From: an uncultured Planctomycetales bacterium
GTDB lineage: Bacteria; Omnitrophota; Gorgyraeia; Zapsychrales; Fredricksoniimonadaceae
Length of the DNA stretch: 64,000 nucleotides
Direction: 5' to 3'
Assembly (NCBI GenBank): GCA_964643325.1
Contig: CAZXSE010000003.1
Coordinates: 13,960 to 77,959 of the forward strand
Shown: positions 58,712 through 64,000 of the stretch, piece by piece
How the letters are laid out: each line of letters begins with the position of its first letter
How positions within the stretch are numbered: the stretch's first letter is position 1
The notes under the pieces: model-generated
The model's database searches: none
The model's input: the letters and a program-made list of their open reading frames with translations, nothing else
Told to the model about the DNA's origin: nothing
Program-made: the position numbers and the translations under genes

Positions 58712-59431
58712 CTATGCCGACTGCGTCGACTGCGCCGACTTCGTCGACTGCGCCGGCAGGCGCTGTTTCAATTCTTCGATCCGACGCTCGGCGTCCTTAA
58801 GCATGGCCGCGACCTTGTCATGATCGTCCTTGGCCACCCAGGCGTCCGCCTCTTTCTTGATACGCAATTTCGCGTTCTCGCTTCTAAGCTCGCGCGCTTC
58901 CTCGAGCAATGCGTCCATGCGCCGCGCCAGGTCATTATGCTGTGCTGTCATCCGGCGCAGATCGCCGGCAATGATACCTTTGGCAAAATGCAGTTCCTTG
59001 ACCTCATGTTCCAGACGGATGCGTTCCCCGGATTGCGCGTCCAGGGCCTCTCGGGTCTGTTGCAGCTCGTCACGAAGCCCCCGTTCCAGCCTTTTTTCCT
59101 TGACGGCAGAGGACTCCTCCCTTTCCCGCCAGCTCTTCTCCTGCGCCAGCTGGCGCTCGAACCCGCCGATAGCGGCCTGCAGTTCCGCGATCTCTTTCAT
59201 TTTGTCCTTCACCTCATCCTGCGCGCTTTGAACGGAGCTCTCCAGCGTCCGGATCCTGCGTTCAAGTTTCTCGATCATCACTGCCTGATCCTTGGCCGGC
59301 GCCGCGGCAACAGGCTCGGGCTTCTCTTTCTTTTTTCTGCGCGCCGGTGAAGGGTCCGGCCACTGCGCCACCACATAGGCCAGAACACCGAGGACCAGCA
59401 ATGCTGCAATGATCGTCAAGACAAGCGACAT
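58712..59431 (-). CDS. N-terminally anchored coiled-coil protein of unknown function
   Basis: The TM is MSLVLTIIAALLVLGVLAYVV, followed by about 190 aa of charged heptad-like sequence. The C-terminal (A/T)(Q/K)S repeats are encoded by a 9-bp tandem repeat. Confidence 0.65.
   Translation of the reverse strand: MSLVLTIIAALLVLGVLAYVVAQWPDPSPARRKKKEKPEPVAAAPAKDQAVMIEKLERRIRTLESSVQSAQDEVKDKMKEIAELQAAIGGFERQLAQEKSWREREESSAVKEKRLERGLRDELQQTREALDAQSGERIRLEHEVKELHFAKGIIAGDLRRMTAQHNDLARRMDALLEEARELRSENAKLRIKKEADAWVAKDDHDKVAAMLKDAERRIEELKQRLPAQSTKSAQSTQSA
58718..58753. repeat. 4 x 9-bp tandem repeat (CGACTGCGY / CGACTTCGT) at the 3' end of the coiled-coil gene
   Basis: Read directly as cgactgcgt cgactgcgc cgacttcgt cgactgcgc. 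It encodes ...AQS TKS AQS TQS A-stop on the minus strand. Confidence 0.85.
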
Positions 59432-59451
59432 CCACCACTCCTTTTGATATT

Positions 59452-59503
59452 AAAGAAACAAGCTCCGGAGCGCGGCGGCCAAACGCCTGTCACGCGCCGG
59501 AGC
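59452..59503 (-). terminator. Rho-independent terminator after the Hpt gene
   Basis: On the minus strand, the GC-rich stem GCTCCGGCGCG...CGCGCTCCGGAGC is followed by TTGTTTCTTT. Confidence 0.6.
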
Positions 59504-59529
59504 CTGCGACAATGCCCCAGGTTCCCCGC

Positions 59530-59880
59530 TTACTTGCCGAACTCTTTTCGAACGCGCGCAGCCTCGGCCTTGAATTCCTCGAACTGCCGGCCCAAAAGCT
59601 CCACCTGCGGCCCGGCCCCCGAAATGTCGCCTGTCTTGGCTTTATTGTCCAGCTCGATGCAATTGGCATGCATTCTCGCGGCGGAAATGTTCCCGGTCGC
59701 CCCTTTGAACCCGTGCGCCATCATCTTGAAGGTCACGCCATCGCCCTTCTGGCAAGCCTGCTGGAACACCGGATATTTCGCCGCAAAGTCCTCGGTAAAG
59801 ATATCAAAAAGTTCGAGCAAAAGGTCCTTGTCGTCCTGCACCCTCTCAAGCGCGTCTTTCAGGTCGATGATCTCTGTCAT
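59530..59880 (-). CDS. Hpt (histidine phosphotransfer) domain protein
   Basis: HGFKGATGNISA motif containing the phosphorylatable His, 116 aa. The start overlaps the kinase stop by 4 nt. Confidence 0.8.
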   Translation of the reverse strand: MTEIIDLKDALERVQDDKDLLLELFDIFTEDFAAKYPVFQQACQKGDGVTFKMMAHGFKGATGNISAARMHANCIELDNKAKTGDISGAGPQVELLGRQFEEFKAEAARVRKEFGK

Positions 59881-61808
59881 TTTTCTTTCCTTTGTTTGAC
59901 CAGATTGATGATCTCCGTGAACAGCTGTTCGCGGTCAATGGGTTTGGGCACATAACCGTCCATGCCCAGGGCCAGATATTTCTCGTGATCCCCGGCCATG
60001 GCATTGGCCGTCATGGCAATGATCGGCAGGTGCAGGCCGGTCTGCTTCTCCTCGGTGCGAATGATCGCGACAGCCTCAACGCCTGTCATTTCCGGCATGA
60101 TATCATCCATCAGGACAATGTCAAAACGGTTCTTGCCAATAGCCTCGACGGCTTCGCGGCCATTATTGGCGGTCATGACATCCCAGCCGCGTTTCTCCAG
60201 GATACGCACCGCGATCTTCTGGTTCACCAGATTATCCTCGGCCAGGAGGACCTTGATCCGGCCGATATCCTCCTGCGGCGACCCGGCGGCGCCCGTCAGC
60301 ATACCTGCCTTGACAACATAAGGCCCGCTCTTGATCTCCAGGCGCACGGTAAAGTTGAACGAACTTCCCTGGCCCTCCTCGCTCTCAACCCAAACGCGCC
60401 CGCCCATCATTTCAGCCAGCTTCTTGGAAATGGCGAGCCCGAGGCCGGTACCGCCATAGCGCCGTGCGGTCTGATCGTCCGCCTGGCTGAACAGTTCAAA
60501 AATGCGGCCCTGCTTGTCCTTCGGGATGCCAATGCCCGTGTCCTTGACAGCGAACATCAGCTCGCCCTCGCTCCCCTGCATGGCATTGAGCGTAACGTTC
60601 ACCGTGACCCCGCCTTTATGCGTGAACTTGATGGCATTGTTGACGAGATTGATGATGATCTGCCGGATGCGGACCGGGTCCCCGATCATTAGCGCCGGCA
60701 CCTGGTCGGATACATTCCAGCTCAAATAAAGATTCTTGTTCTGCGCCAAGACCTGCAATCCGCGGCAGACGCTGCGGACGATCTCGGCGACGGATATCTC
60801 GATGGACTCGATCGCGATCTTGCCGGCCTCGGCGCGTGAAATATCCAGGATGTCATTGATCAGGCGCAGCAGATTGCCGGCCGCGTCCTTGGCCACCTTC
60901 AGGTTCTCGCGCTGCTCGTCGGAAAGCGTCGTGTCAAAGGTCAGATCCAGCATGCCGATGATCGCGTTCATCGGCGTGCGCAGCTCATGCGACATTTTGG
61001 CCAGAAAAAGGCTTTTGCTGTGATTGGCCTCCTCGGCCTCCATCTTGGCCTTCAGGAGCATTTCCTGAATGCGGCGCTGCTTCGTGGTCTCACGCAGGAT
61101 GCCGATGGTCCCCGCCAGGTTCCCTTGCGCGTCCTTGATGACCGAGATCGACGCATCCACATCAAGGATGGTGCCATCCTTCTTGATGACCTGCGTCATG
61201 ATGCCCGAAATAACGCCCTTCTGGCGGATCTTGAGCTTGCGCATCTTGCGCCACTCGCGTTCCGGATACAGGTCCTTGACGGGCTTGTTAAAAAGATCTT
61301 CCCGCCCCATGTCAAACATCTGTTCCGCAAAAGGATTCCAGGCAATGATTTTTTCGGCATTATCGGTCACCGTGATAGCTGCGGCTGAATTGTCAAAGAT
61401 GACCTTAAAAAGCTCCCGTGAACAACTCAAGTCCTTCTCGATCATCCGTTGCCGCGAAATATCCTCAACAACAAGGTCCGTGTACTGCCACCGGCCCCGG
61501 GCATCACGCTCCTCGGTAATGGCCAGGGATGTCCAGACACTGTCCCCTGTTTTGCGCCGCAAGGCGGCCTCGAATTTCTCCGATGGATCCTTCTTCTTAA
61601 GGCTCGCCAGGATATCCTTGAAATTCTTTTCACTCACAAAAAGGTCCCTGACCTTACGGCCGACCAGTTCATCCTGGGCATATCCCATCATGGACGCGAA
61701 CGTCGCGTTCACAAAGACGAACCTGGCGCCGGCGCCGGCCGTGGTCCGGCAGATGCCGATCTTCAGCGCATGGATGAGGTCCTGCGGGTCCTTGTGATGA
61801 TGTGCCAT
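59877..61808 (-). CDS. hybrid sensor histidine kinase / response regulator (PAS-PAS-HisKA-HATPase-REC), no TM segment
   Basis: H-box SHELRTPMNAI. N and G boxes NLVNNAIKFT, DTGIGI and GGTGLGLAI. The C-terminal receiver is LLAEDN...DIVLMDDIMPEMTG...KP. Confidence 0.9.
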   Translation of the reverse strand: MAHHHKDPQDLIHALKIGICRTTAGAGARFVFVNATFASMMGYAQDELVGRKVRDLFVSEKNFKDILASLKKKDPSEKFEAALRRKTGDSVWTSLAITEERDARGRWQYTDLVVEDISRQRMIEKDLSCSRELFKVIFDNSAAAITVTDNAEKIIAWNPFAEQMFDMGREDLFNKPVKDLYPEREWRKMRKLKIRQKGVISGIMTQVIKKDGTILDVDASISVIKDAQGNLAGTIGILRETTKQRRIQEMLLKAKMEAEEANHSKSLFLAKMSHELRTPMNAIIGMLDLTFDTTLSDEQRENLKVAKDAAGNLLRLINDILDISRAEAGKIAIESIEISVAEIVRSVCRGLQVLAQNKNLYLSWNVSDQVPALMIGDPVRIRQIIINLVNNAIKFTHKGGVTVNVTLNAMQGSEGELMFAVKDTGIGIPKDKQGRIFELFSQADDQTARRYGGTGLGLAISKKLAEMMGGRVWVESEEGQGSSFNFTVRLEIKSGPYVVKAGMLTGAAGSPQEDIGRIKVLLAEDNLVNQKIAVRILEKRGWDVMTANNGREAVEAIGKNRFDIVLMDDIMPEMTGVEAVAIIRTEEKQTGLHLPIIAMTANAMAGDHEKYLALGMDGYVPKPIDREQLFTEIINLVKQRKEK

Positions 61809-61809
61809 A

Positions 61810-62091
61810 TCAGCGTTTCAATTTAATGTTCGCGAGCACGGCCGCGAGGTTGATGAGCCCGACCACAACAGCCAGGGCGATGAACGCCGTCCTGAGAAGG
61901 CCCGTCGTCGCATCGATCGCCATGAACCCGCGCATCAGGTAGGATACCAGGGCCACTCCCGCCAGCAGGGAAAAAGACGAAACTAAAAATATCAATAATG
62001 ATAATAAAGAGGACAGCAGGCAGACAAAAATATTGTACAGCAGCAGATTGTCCTTGGCGATATGGCTGGCAGCGATCCCTATCCTCTTCAT
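61810..62091 (-). CDS. small integral membrane protein of unknown function (about 3 TM)
   Basis: 93 aa with hydrophobic stretches LLLYNIFVCLLSSLLSLLIFLV, LLAGVALVSYL and AFIALAVVVGLINLAAVL. Its stop is 1 nt from the kinase start. Confidence 0.55.
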   Translation of the reverse strand: MKRIGIAASHIAKDNLLLYNIFVCLLSSLLSLLIFLVSSFSLLAGVALVSYLMRGFMAIDATTGLLRTAFIALAVVVGLINLAAVLANIKLKR

Positions 62092-62125
62092 AGCCTTGTA
62101 TTTAACCTCTTTTTATCCTTAAATT

Positions 62126-62878
62126 CTAATATCTTGCCCTGCTCAATTCAATCTCTTTCTTCACAGCCCCGATGCGGTCATTGATATCCGGATGCGTCCG
62201 CAGCAGCAGCCATTCATTCTCCTGCCCCTTGCCGTCCTTTGCCAGGATCTCGAACGTTGTCACAATGGCGGAGGGGTCATATCCGGCCAAATGCATATAC
62301 TTGACCGCGAGCCGGTCCGCCTCATACTCATCCTGACGGCTGTAGGCGCGGCTGCCCAGCTGCATCAGCGCGTCGCCCCCGAGCCGCGTGATCCGCGCGG
62401 CCACGTCGCTGGAAAGGGAATTGACGAGCATGGTGCTGACCAGGTCATAGCCCAACGCGGCCTGATATTTCTTGATCACATGGCGCGCCGCGCAATGGCC
62501 GATCTCGTGCGCCAGCACGGCCGCGATCTCGTCATCCGTCAAAAGTTTCTGGTACAATCCCGTATAAAAATAAATGTGGCCACCCGGGATCGTGAACGCG
62601 TTCATTTCATCCTGCTTGACCAAATAAAAAACATACTGATAATCCTGGCGATCCGCGACCTGGGACAAGCGCCGGCCAATGCGATCCAGGCGCGCCTGGG
62701 CGGCCTTGTCAGCGGCAAAAGTCATGCCCCCGCGCATCTGCTGATGGATATCCTGCCCCATCATCACTTCCATGGGGCTGGTGAATACGATGAATTCCTT
62801 CCGCCCCGTGGCCGCGTTATAGCTCAGGCATCCAGAGACCATCACAAGACTGATGAACAGGGCCGCAAAGCGCATCAT
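62126..62878 (-). CDS. M48 family zinc metallopeptidase, probable lipoprotein (YcaL/LoiP-like)
   Basis: ORF trimmed to MMRFAALFISLVMVSGC (lipobox-like). HEIGHCAARH zinc motif. The start overlaps the stop of the HD gene (ATGA). Confidence 0.8.
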   Translation of the reverse strand: MMRFAALFISLVMVSGCLSYNAATGRKEFIVFTSPMEVMMGQDIHQQMRGGMTFAADKAAQARLDRIGRRLSQVADRQDYQYVFYLVKQDEMNAFTIPGGHIYFYTGLYQKLLTDDEIAAVLAHEIGHCAARHVIKKYQAALGYDLVSTMLVNSLSSDVAARITRLGGDALMQLGSRAYSRQDEYEADRLAVKYMHLAGYDPSAIVTTFEILAKDGKGQENEWLLLRTHPDINDRIGAVKKEIELSRARY

Positions 62879-63492
62879 CGTTCGAACTTCACGACATTCT
62901 CCCACCAGATCGTAGAATCCCAATGCTGGAGGTCTTTCCATAATTTCTTCGCCGTGCGCGTCTTGAGGAATCCCGGCGCGCGTTGCAGGAATTTGCGGGC
63001 GACCGGATGCCCGTTATCCTCATATTCCCTGGCCTGGACAAGACATTCCAGGATATCCGCGTCGCGCGCAATGAGCGCTTCATGCGTGCGCTGACTGTCG
63101 TAATCGCCGCGCACATCGATCAGGGCCGCCTTGACCTTCGACGGCAACGGCGCCACCTGATCCTTGAAAACGCGCTTCTCCGCGTCCTTGAAATCAATAT
63201 AGAAATGCCCCATCTTGTGAAGGTCGTTGATCCGCGCCTCATGGATATCATTAAAAAGGGTCATGGCCAGCACGCGATAAGGGTCCGCGCCTTCCTCATG
63301 CGCCATATAAAATCCGATGACTGCGCAGCGGAAACAATGGTCCGCCACGCTCTCGGGATCCTTGATGCCCGCCACCCACCAGCCGCTGCGCTTCACGCGC
63401 TTGAGCAGTCCCGCTTCCGCGAAAAAATCAAGCGGCACGCTGGTGTTACGGGTTCTTTTTTCCCTGCTGGTCTTTTTGTTTTTTAATTTCAT
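62875..63492 (-). CDS. HD domain phosphohydrolase (YfbR-like 5'-nucleotidase family)
   Basis: LKRVKRSGW....ESVADH......IG........D..........NDIHEARINDL pattern. The start is uncertain: ATG 63492 overlaps rlmB by 47 nt, and GTG 63438 is an alternative. Confidence 0.75.
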   Translation of the reverse strand: MKLKNKKTSREKRTRNTSVPLDFFAEAGLLKRVKRSGWWVAGIKDPESVADHCFRCAVIGFYMAHEEGADPYRVLAMTLFNDIHEARINDLHKMGHFYIDFKDAEKRVFKDQVAPLPSKVKAALIDVRGDYDSQRTHEALIARDADILECLVQAREYEDNGHPVARKFLQRAPGFLKTRTAKKLWKDLQHWDSTIWWENVVKFER

Positions 63493-64000
63493 AACAAAAT
63501 ATACTGGTTGCCTGCGCCGCGTTCAGCGACAGGCGCGGTTGCGCCATCCAAATGGTCAGTTTAACATCAAGGTTCTTGAGCGTGATATCCCGGATCCCTT
63601 TGCCTTCCGATCCGACCACCAGGGCCAGCGGAAAAGGCAGCTTGGAACGCGACAGATCTTCCCCGTCCTTGACGACACTGCCCGCGATCCAGAACCCCTT
63701 GGCTTTGGCTTTGGCGATGGCATTGTTCAGATTGTTCACGCGTGATATTTTCACATGGTTCTCACCGCCACAGGCCACACGCGTGACCGTGTCGGTCACG
63801 TCAACGGCCCCGTGCGTGGGAATAACGACCGCAAACCCGCCCAGGCACGCCACCGAGCGCAGGATCGCGCCGAAATTCTGCGGGTCCGTGATCCCGTCGA
63901 GAAAAAGCAGCGTCACCTGTTTTTCATACGCCTCATCCAGCAGATCATCAAAATCCGCGTACGCAAAATCCTTGGTATCAATGATGAGTCCCTGGGTGTT
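63446..64000 (-). CDS. rlmB: 23S rRNA (guanosine-2'-O)-methyltransferase RlmB-type (TrmH family), partial (N-terminus beyond window end)
   Basis: The reading frame stays open to position 64000 (...TQGLIIDTKDFAYADFDDLLDEAYEKQVTLLFLDGITDPQNFGAILRS...VVGSEGKGI...LNAAQATSI). The M in the ORF track is an internal GTG. Confidence 0.8.
   Translation of the reverse strand, partial: NTQGLIIDTKDFAYADFDDLLDEAYEKQVTLLFLDGITDPQNFGAILRSVACLGGFAVVIPTHGAVDVTDTVTRVACGGENHVKISRVNNLNNAIAKAKAKGFWIAGSVVKDGEDLSRSKLPFPLALVVGSEGKGIRDITLKNLDVKLTIWMAQPRLSLNAAQATSIFCYEIKKQKDQQGKKNP

Overview
This 64-kb window is a dense run of housekeeping genes from a GC-rich (by eye, not computed) diderm bacterium. I call about 70 CDS, one frameshifted micro-gene and one tRNA-Gln. 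All genes lie on the minus strand except comF-lptF-lptG (852-3771) and a PpiD-like chaperone (47429-48922). Many neighbours overlap by 1-4 nt, so long co-transcribed or translationally coupled arrays are likely.

The content covers outer-membrane and envelope biogenesis: lptFG, mlaEFD, lolCD, lpxI-lpxA-lpxC/fabZ-lpxD-skp-bamA and glmU. It also covers translation (metG, cysS, lysS, rpsF-ssb-rpsR-rplI, rplY, pth, tsaBE, rluB and two TrmH/RlmB-type methylases) and replication/repair (dnaB, holB, radA, rmuC, ssb). MEP-pathway genes (ispD/E/F) and the mcsA-mcsB-clpC quality-control genes are present too. Several blocks follow the gene order I recall from Bacillus subtilis, although the genome clearly encodes LPS, Bam, Lol and Mla machinery.

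I found no transposase, integrase, prophage, CRISPR array or recognisable defence island, and no convincing novel multi-gene system. The features most worth a second look are:
- a family of 95-125 nt nested hairpin repeats with compensatory stem changes; two copies fill the only large spacer (cysE-cysS) and a third lies at 49987-50109;
- a tiny Lys/Arg-rich bS22-like gene interrupted by a +1 frameshift in an A-run (46232-46334);
- a degenerate copy of the tRNA-Gln 5' half plus its leader, just upstream of the intact tRNA;
- an uncharacterised secreted protein plus mlaEFD inserted between clpC and radA.

Functional calls come from motif recognition by eye in the supplied translations. No database searches were run.
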